A DNA stretch of 32,000 bases from Polyangiaceae bacterium (GCA_043747665.1 JAYTOQ010000105.1:15227-47226), one strand, 5' to 3'. Counted from the first letter of the stretch, positions 10,367-18,487 are shown. Translations and numbers: made by a program. Notes: a model not told the origin generated them from the sequence alone.

Positions 10367-11389
10367 ATGAAAGCAGACTTTCCTAGCGGTATTGTGAGGC
10401 TGCAAGAGTGCCGTCTCGTTGTATTTTGCATCTGCCTCACCTCACTTGCGGTGGTCTCCGGCGTCTCGAGCACGGGTTGCTCGAATGATCGACCGCCGCC
10501 GGTGAAGGCGGCCACGCCGGTGGAGCGAGCGGCGACGCCGCCCCCGCCCGAGCCGCCGATGCCGTCACACGCCGACACGCCGTATCGCGCGAAGCTGCTC
10601 ACGCGCGGCGCCGAGCTCTACGTGCCGACGTGGTTCTCCGCGCATCCGGGCGGCTACGACGTGATCGTCCATTTCCACGGGCTGGGGCGCCTTCAGGAGG
10701 GCAACCTCGATCGCTCGCAGCTCAATGCTGCGGTGGTCACCATCAACCTGGGCGTCAGCACGGACCTCTACGGCAATGCCTTCCGCGACCCGCAGTCGTT
10801 CCAGAGGCTCCTCGCCGAGACGCAGGACGAGATCGAGAAGAGCGGCCGCGCCCGGAACGCCAAGGTGGGCCGCGTCGCGCTCTCGGCGTGGAGCGCAGGC
10901 TTCGTGTCAGTCGCGAAGATCTTGAGCGTCGCGGCGAACGCGGAGAAGATCGACGCCGTGATCGTGGCCGACGGCTTCTTCACGTCGCTCACGAACATCA
11001 AGAAGCGAACCGTCAACAGCACGTCGCTCGAGCGCTTCGCGACGCTGGCCCAGGCGGCGACCAAGGACGAGAAGCTCTTCGCGATCTCGCACAGCTCGAT
11101 CCCGACCGTCGACTACGCGAGCACGGAGGAGACGGCGGCGAAGCTGCTCGAGATGACCGCGAGCACGAAGACTCCGTCGAGCTCGGTCGGCCCGCGCAAC
11201 ATGCACGAGACCTACGTGGTCGATCGCGGCGCCTTCCACGTGAAGGGCTACGAAGGCGTCACCGCCGGCGACCACATCAAGCAGATCCAGGCGCTCGGCG
11301 AGACGCTCTATCCGTACCTGAAGTCGCGCTGGGAGCAGCCCGAGTCCGGCGCGACGGCCGCACGCGCGAGCGCCCCCGCCCCGCGATAG
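10367..11389 (+). CDS. Putative lipoprotein, possible alpha/beta-hydrolase/esterase
   Basis: The ATG at 10367 is preceded by a GGGAGTGGGAG RBS. The signal sequence ends in a Cys (SSTGC). VIVHFHGLG and a GxSxG-like AWSAG motif hint at a hydrolase fold. Weak functional call. Confidence 0.45.
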   Translation: MKADFPSGIVRLQECRLVVFCICLTSLAVVSGVSSTGCSNDRPPPVKAATPVERAATPPPPEPPMPSHADTPYRAKLLTRGAELYVPTWFSAHPGGYDVIVHFHGLGRLQEGNLDRSQLNAAVVTINLGVSTDLYGNAFRDPQSFQRLLAETQDEIEKSGRARNAKVGRVALSAWSAGFVSVAKILSVAANAEKIDAVIVADGFFTSLTNIKKRTVNSTSLERFATLAQAATKDEKLFAISHSSIPTVDYASTEETAAKLLEMTASTKTPSSSVGPRNMHETYVVDRGAFHVKGYEGVTAGDHIKQIQALGETLYPYLKSRWEQPESGATAARASAPAPR

Positions 11390-11420
11390 TGGAGGCATCG
11401 ATCTTGTCACCAGAGCCTGC

Positions 11421-12129
11421 ATGAGTCAGCCGACGAGCCTGCGCGATCCGAAGCGGAATTGTACGGAGCCGCCGTTTCACGAAAAAGCTCGAGACGCTCC
11501 GGGTCGCGGGCGTGCGGTTGCGCTCGCATTCGCGCGCGAAGGCGCCGACGTCGCCATCGCCTATCTGAACGAGCACGAGGATGCGAACGAGACGAAGCGC
11601 ATCGTGGAGGAGGCGGGGCGCAGGGCGCTGCTCATCGCGGCCGACTTCGCCGATTTAAAGGAGTGCGCGCGCCTGTTCGACGAGACCGTGAAGGCATTCG
11701 GTCGCATCGACATCCTCGCCAACAACGCGGCCTTCCAGGGTAAGGTCACCGAGTCCTTCGCGGAGATCGACGAGGAGCGCATCGAGCGCTCGTTCCGCGT
11801 CGACATCATGGCGATGCGACCACGAAGGGCGCCATTGTGACGTTCACGAAGGGCCTCGCGCAGGGGGTCATCAAGAAAGGCATTTGCGCCAATACCGTCG
11901 CGCCTGGCCCGGTGTGGACGCCGTTCATCGTGCAGTCCTTCGACGAGAAGGAGATCGCCGAGAAGGAGATCGCCGGGAAGGAGATCGCCGAGTTCGGCAA
12001 GGACTCCGTGATGGGCCGCCCAGCCCAGCCCGCGGAGCTCGCGCCGGCGTATGTCTTCCTCGCGAGCAACGAGTCGAAGGACGTGAACGGCGAGGTTTCG
12101 GTGTCACGGGCGGCAAGCCGCTCGGCTGA
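11421..12129 (+). pseudogene. YghA/YdaD-type short-chain dehydrogenase (SDR), disrupted
   Basis: Strong similarity by recall to E. coli YghA (GRAVALAFAREGADVAIAYL, GRIDILANNAA, KGAIVTFTKGLA, VAPGPVWTP, GRPAQPAELAPAYVFLAS, GVTGGKPLG*). The TGGDSGIG Rossmann motif region is missing. About 35-50 codons holding the catalytic Ser/Tyr are deleted with a frame change near 11815. A further frameshift near 12095 precedes the native stop at 12129. Confidence 0.7.
11945..11989 (+). repeat. 3 x 15-bp tandem repeat (gagaaggagatcgcc) inside the SDR pseudogene
   Basis: Read directly: gagaaggagatcgcc gagaaggagatcgcc gggaaggagatcgcc, encoding EKEIA-EKEIA-GKEIA. Confidence 0.9.
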
Positions 12130-12138
12130 CCGGCGCGG

Positions 12139-12702
12139 ATGAGGATGGCCACAGAGCGCGAGGAAATGCTGGCGGGCGAGCTCTACGATCCGCTCGATCC
12201 CGAGCTCGCTCACCTGCGCCTCCGGGCGCGTGACCTCTGTCACGAGCTCAACGCGAGCTGCGAGGCAGATGCGACGACGCGCCGTCGCATCCTCGTCGAC
12301 CTGGTCGGCAGCGGTGGCGACACGGTCTGGATGCAGCCGCCCTTTCACTGCGACTACGGCTCGAACATCCACCTCGGCGAGAAGGTGTTCTTCAACTTCG
12401 GCTGCGTGGTACTCGACGTCTGTGAGATCCGCATCGGGAGCTTCTCGCTCTTCGGCCCTGCCGTGCCGATCTACGCGGCGACGCATCCGATGAACCCGGA
12501 GCTCCGTCGCAGGGTGGAGCTCGGAAAGCCGGTCACCATCGGCTCCGACGTCTGGGTGGGCGGCGGAGCCGTGATCTGTCCGGGCGTGACCATCGGCGAC
12601 CGAACGGTGATTGGCGCCGGCAGCGTGGTGACGCGGGACGTTCCCGATGGCGTGGTCGCCGCAGGGAACCCCGCCCGCGTCCTGCGCGCCGTCGACGACT
12701 GA
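12139..12702 (+). CDS. maa: Maltose/galactoside O-acetyltransferase (hexapeptide-repeat family)
   Basis: Near-collinear with E. coli Maa by recall: MLAGELYDP, LRLRARDL, FHCDYGSNIHLGEKVFFNFGCVVLDVCEIRIG, IYAATHPMNPELR, GKPVTIGSDVWVGGGAVICPGVTIGD, GNPARVLR. The start could be 12139 or 12145. Confidence 0.85.
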   Translation: MRMATEREEMLAGELYDPLDPELAHLRLRARDLCHELNASCEADATTRRRILVDLVGSGGDTVWMQPPFHCDYGSNIHLGEKVFFNFGCVVLDVCEIRIGSFSLFGPAVPIYAATHPMNPELRRRVELGKPVTIGSDVWVGGGAVICPGVTIGDRTVIGAGSVVTRDVPDGVVAAGNPARVLRAVDD

Positions 12703-12704
12703 GC

Positions 12705-12751
12705 GACGAGCGGCTCCGACCGAGTCCCGCTCGGGCGGAGGCCGCCTCGTC
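12705..12751. terminator. GC-rich imperfect inverted repeat between convergent maa and recA
   Basis: GACGAGCGGCTCC...GGAGGCCGCCTCGTC encloses the hairpin CCGAG-tcccg-CTCGG and starts 3 nt after the maa stop. There is no clear T-tract, so the terminator role is tentative. Confidence 0.3.
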
Positions 12752-12820
12752 ACCTCGTCTCCGGGTCGCGCCGGCGCGGCGCACGCGGCGCAGCGCCGAC
12801 CTCGAACCGAAAAGCGTACG

Positions 12821-12860
12821 TCGTCAGCTCTCGTCAGACCGGTCAGATCCGGTCAGATCC
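12821..12860. repeat. Four tandem 10-bp units with GTCAG core
   Basis: Reads tcgtcagctc tcgtcagacc ggtcagatcc ggtcagatcc, lying 7 nt from the recA stop codon. The 10-bp phasing equals one helical turn. Confidence 0.7.
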
Positions 12861-12866
12861 CGAGCT

Positions 12867-13892
<1,026 letters not shown>

Positions 13893-13971
13893 GGCTCTCT
13901 CCTTGGAAGCTCGCCGTTATTGAAAAACGCGTGATGACGGCGAGCAGCCATCGCGCGGAAAATCCGTCGGA

Positions 13972-15516
13972 TCAGGCCGCGGTGGCGGCGGGCGTGAGGT
14001 CGCCGCGGTCGAGGACGCGCATACCCAGCGCCTCCGCGATGTGAGCGGGCCGGATGGCCGTTGCGCCCTCGAGATCGGCCATCGTTCGCGCGACGCGCAG
14101 GACCTTGCCGTAGCCGCGCGCCGAGAGGCCCATGCGTTTCACGGCGGCGCCGATGAGCGCCGCGCCCGCATCGTCCAGCGCACACACGCGCTCAGCGTCC
14201 TTTGCGGAGAGATGCGCGTTGGCACCCGCGTCGGTCTCGCCGCTCGTGAAGCGATCTCGCTGGATGGCTCGCGCCTCCTCGACCCGCACCCGAACGGCGG
14301 CACTCCGCTCACCGCCCGACTTGCCGCGGAGGCTGAGGACGTCGACCGGCGGCAGCACCACGTGGATGTCGAGCCGGTCGACCAGCGGCCCGCTCAGCCG
14401 CGACCGGTACGCGCGCACGTGTTGCGGCTGACACACGCAACGTCTCGCGCTGTCGCCGCGGAAGCCGCAGGGACACGGGTTCGTGGCCCCGACCACCATC
14501 GGTCGTGCCGGAAACGTAGCTGTGATCTGGGCGCGTGAGATGGTGACGAAGCCGTCCTCGAGCGGCTGCCGCAAGGCCTCCAGTGTTCCGCGACGGAACT
14601 CGGAGAGCTCGTCGAGGAAGAGGACGCCGTTGTGCGCGAGGCTCACCTCGCCGGGACGCGAGAGCTCCCCGCCTCCGACCAGCGCGACGTCACTGGCGGT
14701 GTGGTGCGGCGCGCGAAACGGCCGCACGCCCATCCGCCGCGACGCCCCGAGCGAGCCGGCCACGCTCTGGATGGCCAGCACCTCCAGCGCCTCGTCGCGC
14801 GCGAGCGCAGGCAGGATCCCCGGCAGGCGCCGGGCGAGCATGGTCTTTCCGCCGCCTGGCGCGCCCATAAAGAGGAGGTTGTGAGCGCCGGCGGCGGCGA
14901 CCTCGAGCGCACGACGCGCCGCGAGCTGTCCGCGAACGTCAGCGAGGTCCTCGGTCGCGAGCGGCGCGGCCGTCTGGGGTGCCGAAGATGCACGCGGCAA
15001 TGCACGCTCGCCGCGAAGCGCCCCGACGAGATCTGCGAGCGTCTGCGCGATCCCCACTTCAATACCGTCGACCAGCGACGCCTCCGCTTCGTTCGCAGCC
15101 GGCACGATGGCGCGGGCCACTCCTCTCTCGCGCGCACCGAGGAGGTGCGCAACGACCCCGCGCAGCGGATGCAGCGTGCCGTCGAGAGAGAGCTCGCCGA
15201 GGAAGAGGATCTCGCCCAGGGCCTCCGCGGGCAGCATTTCCAGGCACACGAGCGTTGCCACCGCGATCGCCAGGTCGAACGCGCTGCCCCGCTTCTTGAC
15301 GTCGGCCGGCGCGAGGTTGACCACCAGTCGGTACTCGTTGATGTCGACACCGAGCTGCGCGAGCGCGCTCTTCACGCGGACGCGACTCTCTCGCACCGCC
15401 ACCTCGGCGAGGCCGACGAGCTCGAATGCCGGCACTCCGCGCGTGGCTTGCACCTCGACGCGTACCGGATGCGCCGCGAGACCGACGAGGACCGCGCTGT
15501 GAGCCGTGGCGAGCAT
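13972..15516 (-). CDS. comM: YifB/ComM-family Mg-chelatase-like AAA+ ATPase
   Basis: The likely ATG is at 15516 (MLATAHSAVLVGL...); the listed ORF extends to 15630. Features are an N-terminal Lon-protease-like fold, Walker A GAPGGGKTMLA, GVLFLDELSEF, a CPCG zinc motif and a C-terminal ChlI-like region. It ends 79 nt upstream of recA on the same strand. Confidence 0.85.
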   Translation of the reverse strand: MLATAHSAVLVGLAAHPVRVEVQATRGVPAFELVGLAEVAVRESRVRVKSALAQLGVDINEYRLVVNLAPADVKKRGSAFDLAIAVATLVCLEMLPAEALGEILFLGELSLDGTLHPLRGVVAHLLGARERGVARAIVPAANEAEASLVDGIEVGIAQTLADLVGALRGERALPRASSAPQTAAPLATEDLADVRGQLAARRALEVAAAGAHNLLFMGAPGGGKTMLARRLPGILPALARDEALEVLAIQSVAGSLGASRRMGVRPFRAPHHTASDVALVGGGELSRPGEVSLAHNGVLFLDELSEFRRGTLEALRQPLEDGFVTISRAQITATFPARPMVVGATNPCPCGFRGDSARRCVCQPQHVRAYRSRLSGPLVDRLDIHVVLPPVDVLSLRGKSGGERSAAVRVRVEEARAIQRDRFTSGETDAGANAHLSAKDAERVCALDDAGAALIGAAVKRMGLSARGYGKVLRVARTMADLEGATAIRPAHIAEALGMRVLDRGDLTPAATAA

Positions 15517-15644
15517 GCCCGGACGATTGCGACCGGCGTGCCGTCCCGCGAAGTGCCGTTTTATCGGCGAATTCGAACGTGAGGGTATGTCCCGGACAGT
15601 TCGAGGGGTGTCCTGGGCCACCCTGCGCATAGTATTTCGAGACG

Positions 15645-16532
15645 ATGATGGGTCCTGCCATGACCGCAGCCGGCATCCATGTCTGCCCGGGCTGCGGGGT
15701 CATCGCGCCGCTCGGGCGATCCGCATGCAGCGTGTGCAACGCCGCGTTCGGTGCGACAGCTTCAGTCGCACCCGGTCGAGTCGGTGCGCTCCTCTTCGCA
15801 TGCATCCATGGATGCGACTTCACGTGCAGCGCCTGCGGGAAGCGCTCGCCAGTTGCCACCATCGACGTCGAGGGCCAGGTGGAGTGCATGTGCTGCGGCA
15901 TCGCGCAGGCCTTCGACGCCGTGCAATGGACCGACGCGCTCGGGCACGCCCACGACGTCGCTGATCTCGCCGGCCCGAGCCCCGAGGGGCAGAACCCGGT
16001 TCCCGGCCGCTCGATCGCCGGCAAGAGTCGCCACGCCAAGATCGGCACCGAGTTCACGTCATCCACGAAGACGCAGAACACGATGGCCGGGGCTCACCGT
16101 GGTGCGGAGCGAGTGCGTGCGCGTTCCGCGCCCGTCCATGATCATCCGCTGTGCACCGCGTGCCGTGTTCCGCTGGAGGTGGTGCTCGAACCGAACGGCA
16201 TCTCGCGCACGCGCTGCCCTCGCTGCAACGACGGAGCGACCTATGCGCTGCCGTCGAACGCGAACGCGATCTACGGAGCGCTGCGCGGCATGATCGCGAG
16301 TGACCAACGCACGGATCGGCCGGTTGCGCGCACCGCACGTGGGCAGGGCGGCGTCGAGGCGGTGGTCTGTCCGCAGTGCGGTGCGGCGCTCGCTGCGGGC
16401 GAAGGCGAGATGGTGAAGTGCACGTTCTGCAGCATTACTGCGCGTGTACCGAGCAAGCTCGCGCGTCGACAGAGGCAGGGCGCGCCGCCGCCGACCCCCG
16501 CGGCCTCCGTCAGGTCGCGTCGTGGAAGGTGA
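15645..16532 (+). CDS. Hypothetical protein with four CxxC...CxxC zinc-ribbon modules
   Basis: The four modules are CPGC..CSVC, CSAC..CMCC, CTAC..CPRC and CPQC..CTFC. The tail is basic. Transcribed divergently from comM. No family recognised. Confidence 0.55.
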   Translation: MMGPAMTAAGIHVCPGCGVIAPLGRSACSVCNAAFGATASVAPGRVGALLFACIHGCDFTCSACGKRSPVATIDVEGQVECMCCGIAQAFDAVQWTDALGHAHDVADLAGPSPEGQNPVPGRSIAGKSRHAKIGTEFTSSTKTQNTMAGAHRGAERVRARSAPVHDHPLCTACRVPLEVVLEPNGISRTRCPRCNDGATYALPSNANAIYGALRGMIASDQRTDRPVARTARGQGGVEAVVCPQCGAALAAGEGEMVKCTFCSITARVPSKLARRQRQGAPPPTPAASVRSRRGR

Positions 16533-17008
16533 CGGAACAAATGAATCGCATTTGATATCACTCTGAGCGCCGTGCAGATTCGAGCCATCTACTGAATTAA
16601 TTTCTTGCGCGAACCCGAGTCTCGAGCTGCAAGTTGAATGCCGCTCCTGTCTGGAGCGTCTACCCGCAGCAATCGAAACCACTGGAGGCCGCATCCCGAG
16701 AGGGGGGCGGCGACCGTTCCGTGATCCCCTCCCTTCAGAACATCTCGATGGAAACGCAGGCGCAATCGCGCTTGGCCGTGCTCTGTCAAGAGCTCTGTTG
16801 TGGAGCGCGGGGCGCGTCGACGGCGCGCGGTCCGCGGAGCCCGCGCCAGTGGCATCGGGCCTCTCGCCCGGGCGTGAGCACGCCCGTCTTCTGCAGCGTC
16901 GCCTCTCTGTTTACGTCGCCCGCGCTCGATACGCGCGTGAATGCCACGCAGGAGGGATCCCCCTAGCGTTCCTCGCACCGTCTCCTTTGTCAGGAGCCGA
17001 TTCGAAGA

Positions 17009-17046
17009 CCGCCCGGGGTAGCCCCCGAGGCGGCTTTTCTCATTTC
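17009..17046 (+). terminator. Intrinsic-terminator-like hairpin plus T-rich tail
   Basis: CCGCCCGGGG-tag-CCCCCGAGGCGG gives about 10 bp with two bulges, followed by CTTTTCTCATTTCC. It lies 477 nt downstream of the nearest upstream stop codon. Confidence 0.5.
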
Positions 17047-17154
17047 CGGCTCTCGCTCTCGGTCTCGATCTCGGCCTTACAGCCCTTTGCGCCGCCACCC
17101 CATCAGGCGTCCGGAGCGGGGGAAGCTGAAGGACCGGTGGTCGGACTTCTTCCT

Positions 17155-17188
17155 CCCCTCCCCACCCCACCCCTCCCCTCCCCTCCCC
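17155..17188. repeat. (C4N)7 tract: potential i-motif on the + strand and G-quadruplex on the - strand
   Basis: Read directly: CCCCTCCCCACCCCACCCCTCCCCTCCCCTCCCC. That is seven C4 runs separated by single nucleotides. Confidence 0.9.
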
Positions 17189-17356
17189 GTCCAGCGGCGG
17201 GCGCCGGGAGGGCCAACGTCCCGTCGAAGGTAGCGGCGCCCCATCCTGGGCGCGCCGAAACAGTACGACTTTGTCCGCGAGGTTCAATTATGTTTCTCAA
17301 ACTAGGTATCTGAAGTTTTTCGGCGTCGTACAAACGTGATTCCGTCCACCTGCAAC

Positions 17357-17429
17357 GGGGCGCTAGCTCGATCTGGCCGAGCACCGGTCTTTTACCCCGA
17401 GGGATGAGGGTTCAACTCCTCGCGCCCCA
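17357..17429 (+). tRNA. tRNA-like, anticodon TTT (Lys), degenerate
   Basis: Acceptor GGGGCGC/GCGCCCC pairs 7/7 and the D stem is GCTC/GAGC. The loop is CTTTTAC, but the anticodon stem has only 3 bp. The T arm is one base short (GAGG-GTTCAACT-CCTC). Confidence 0.35.
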
Positions 17430-17432
17430 CAC

Positions 17433-17506
17433 GGGTCCGTAGCGCACCGGGCAAGCGCACTCGACTCTTGATCGAGGTGGTGAGGGCTCGATTCCCTCCG
17501 GACCTA
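17433..17506 (+). tRNA. tRNA-like, anticodon CTT (Lys), non-canonical T-loop
   Basis: All four stems pair: GGGTCCG/CGGACCT, GCGC/GCGC, CTCGA/TCGAG and GAGGG/CCCTC. The anticodon loop is CTCTTGA. The T-loop is CTCGATT (C at position 54). Confidence 0.65.
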
Positions 17507-17544
17507 CCGGGCGACGTGTGCCTCGTGCACGCCGCTCTGCTCAC

Positions 17545-17616
17545 TCCGGGATCGTCTAGCTGGCAGGACGCTGGTCTCTGAAACCAGAAACGCAGGTTCG
17601 ACTCCTGCGCCCGGAA
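17545..17616 (+). tRNA. tRNA-Gln-like, anticodon CTG
   Basis: Acceptor TCCGGGA/GCCCGGA has U1-A72 and one A-G mismatch. The other stems are GTCT/GGAC, CTGGT/ACCAG and GCAGG/CCTGC. The anticodon loop is CTCTGAA and the T-loop TTCGACT is canonical. Confidence 0.7.
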
Positions 17617-17710
17617 CCGAGCCACGCGTGGGGCAACCCGCACGCGGCCATGCTCTCTGAAAACTTGGCGCCACTAGGCTCGTCCCGCTCTTTGCGGGCG
17701 AGCCATTCAT

Positions 17711-17783
17711 TCCAGCGAAGCCGAATGGTCAGGCAACCGGCTGTTAACCGGTCATCTCGGGGGTTCGATTCCTCCCACTCGAG
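17711..17783 (+). tRNA. tRNA-like, anticodon GTT (Asn), degenerate
   Basis: The anticodon arm ACCGG-CTGTTAA-CCGGT is perfect. The T arm is GGGGG-TTCGATT-CCTCC. The acceptor pairs only 5/7 and the D stem has 3 bp. Confidence 0.35.
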
Positions 17784-17873
17784 CTCTCGCGTGCACACGC
17801 AGGCGAGGACTGTTCTGGATCTCGGAGCGCCCACGCTCGAGGCCCCCGCACGCGCTGACCCGCGTGCGATCGT

Positions 17874-17944
17874 GCCCATGCTTCTCGCTGGTCGAGCACC
17901 CGCTTCGTACGCGGTGTGATCCGGTTCGACTCCGAGCGTGGACT
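17874..17944 (+). tRNA. tRNA-like, anticodon CGT (Thr), degenerate
   Basis: The loop is TTCGTAC, the D arm is TCTC-GCTGGTC-GAGC, and the T-loop is TTCGACT. Each of the four stems has one mismatch. A partial copy of its 5' end (GCCCACGCT) lies at 17829. Confidence 0.35.
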
Positions 17945-17952
17945 CTCGACTT

Positions 17953-18023
17953 GCCCCCGTCATCGAAAGGTCAGGATCTCCGTCTTTCAATCGGAGCACG
18001 TCGGTCGAATCCGATCGGGGGTG
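17953..18023 (+). tRNA. tRNA-Glu-like, anticodon TTC, 6-nt T-loop
   Basis: The acceptor is GCCCCCG/CGGGGGT. The anticodon arm is TCCGT-CTTTCAA-TCGGA. The T stem GTCGG/CCGAT closes only TCGAAT. Confidence 0.5.
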
Positions 18024-18038
18024 CAATGTTCACGTATC

Positions 18039-18111
18039 GGGCTGTGAGCTAGTCGCAGGGTAGCGTCCGTCTGAAGCACGGAAGAGCGTGGTGCGAGCCC
18101 ACGACAGCCCA
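18039..18111 (+). tRNA. tRNA-like, anticodon GAA (Phe), T-loop TGCGAGC
   Basis: All stems are perfect: GGGCTGT/ACAGCCC, GCTA/TAGC, TCCGT/ACGGA and CGTGG/CCACG. The anticodon loop is CTGAAGC. Position 55 is G and position 8 is G. Confidence 0.65.
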
Positions 18112-18197
18112 CCCTTGTTGGGCCCGCAGGGCGCCCTCGCGAGATTCGGCGCTGCGCGCCGACCGGCGTGCAAGGCATGCGCTTTCAGGTGACGGCA

Positions 18198-18227
18198 TTG
18201 ACAAATTACGGACGGATAGTCTTGAAT
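18198..18227 (+). promoter_or_regulatory. Sigma70-like promoter candidate (TTGACA-N18-TTGAAT)
   Basis: A perfect -35 TTGACA sits at 18198-18203 and a 4/6 -10 TTGAAT at 18222-18227. The predicted start site is 5-7 nt later, at the 5' end of the His-like element (18232/18233). Confidence 0.3.
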
Positions 18228-18232
18228 GCATG

Positions 18233-18303
18233 GTGTATTTACTTGTCCAGTGACGGGGCTGACTGTGAATCAGCGGAGGCGGGTGCGATCCCCGTACGAC
18301 ACG
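18233..18303 (+). tRNA. tRNA-like, anticodon GTG (His), T-loop TGCGATC, weak acceptor/D arm
   Basis: The anticodon arm GCTGA-CTGTGAA-TCAGC is perfect. The T arm is GCGGG-TGCGATC-CCCGT. The acceptor GTGTATT/ACGACAC pairs 5/7, and the D stem relies on G-U pairs. Confidence 0.4.
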
Positions 18304-18330
18304 CGAAGAGAAGAGTCCTCGTAGCCAATT

Positions 18331-18355
18331 GGAGAGGCAGCGGTTTCGCCTCTCC
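18331..18355 (+). ncRNA. Perfect 8-bp hairpin GGAGAGGC-N9-GCCTCTCC (acceptor-stem-like minihelix)
   Basis: Read directly. It is preceded by the D-arm-like GTAGCCAATTGG. It does not complete a cloverleaf. Confidence 0.3.
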
Positions 18356-18487
18356 TTCGCGAGAGTAGTGACCTCCACGTTGCGGGACGAAAAGACGATG
18401 AATTGTTGAATTCGTCAATGTGCTGCGCGATGCGCGAGCATCATATCTTCACCCCTCTCGTCGAAGCACTCTACGAACAGGACACAC

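Noticed and set aside
8285-10405. Full-length 706-aa version of the sigma54 activator ORF
   Set aside because: The first 112 codons (MQPHNTARKVCFHDS...) are not protein-like and overlap the divergent promoter region. The ATG at 10069 gives the Pro-rich N-terminus usual for such FHA activators.
13893-13971. Search for a LexA/SOS box upstream of recA
   Set aside because: No palindrome or match was found to the myxobacterial (CTRHAMRYBYGTTCAGS-type) or other LexA motifs I can recall. Only an RBS and a T-rich patch are present.
16589-17313. ORFs 16589-17287 (-) and 16798-17313 (+) in the gap upstream of the tRNA-like array
   Set aside because: The translations are Arg/Pro/Gly-rich and run through the (C4N)7 tract and the terminator hairpin. 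They have no RBS or domain signal, so I treated them as non-coding.
16533-17356. Retron msr/msd, RNase P RNA, tmRNA or group II intron in the non-coding gap
   Set aside because: There is no reverse transcriptase nearby. There is no GAGGAAAGTCC-type RNase P motif, no tRNA-like 3' end with a tag ORF, and no domain V hairpin on either strand.
18112-18197. Attempt to fold the spacer between the Phe-like and His-like elements (and likewise 18647-18713 and 18371-18487) into further cloverleaves
   Set aside because: Only isolated hairpins (e.g. GCGTGC-aag-GCATGC) could be formed. No anticodon-arm plus T-arm combination was found on either strand, so these regions are left unassigned.
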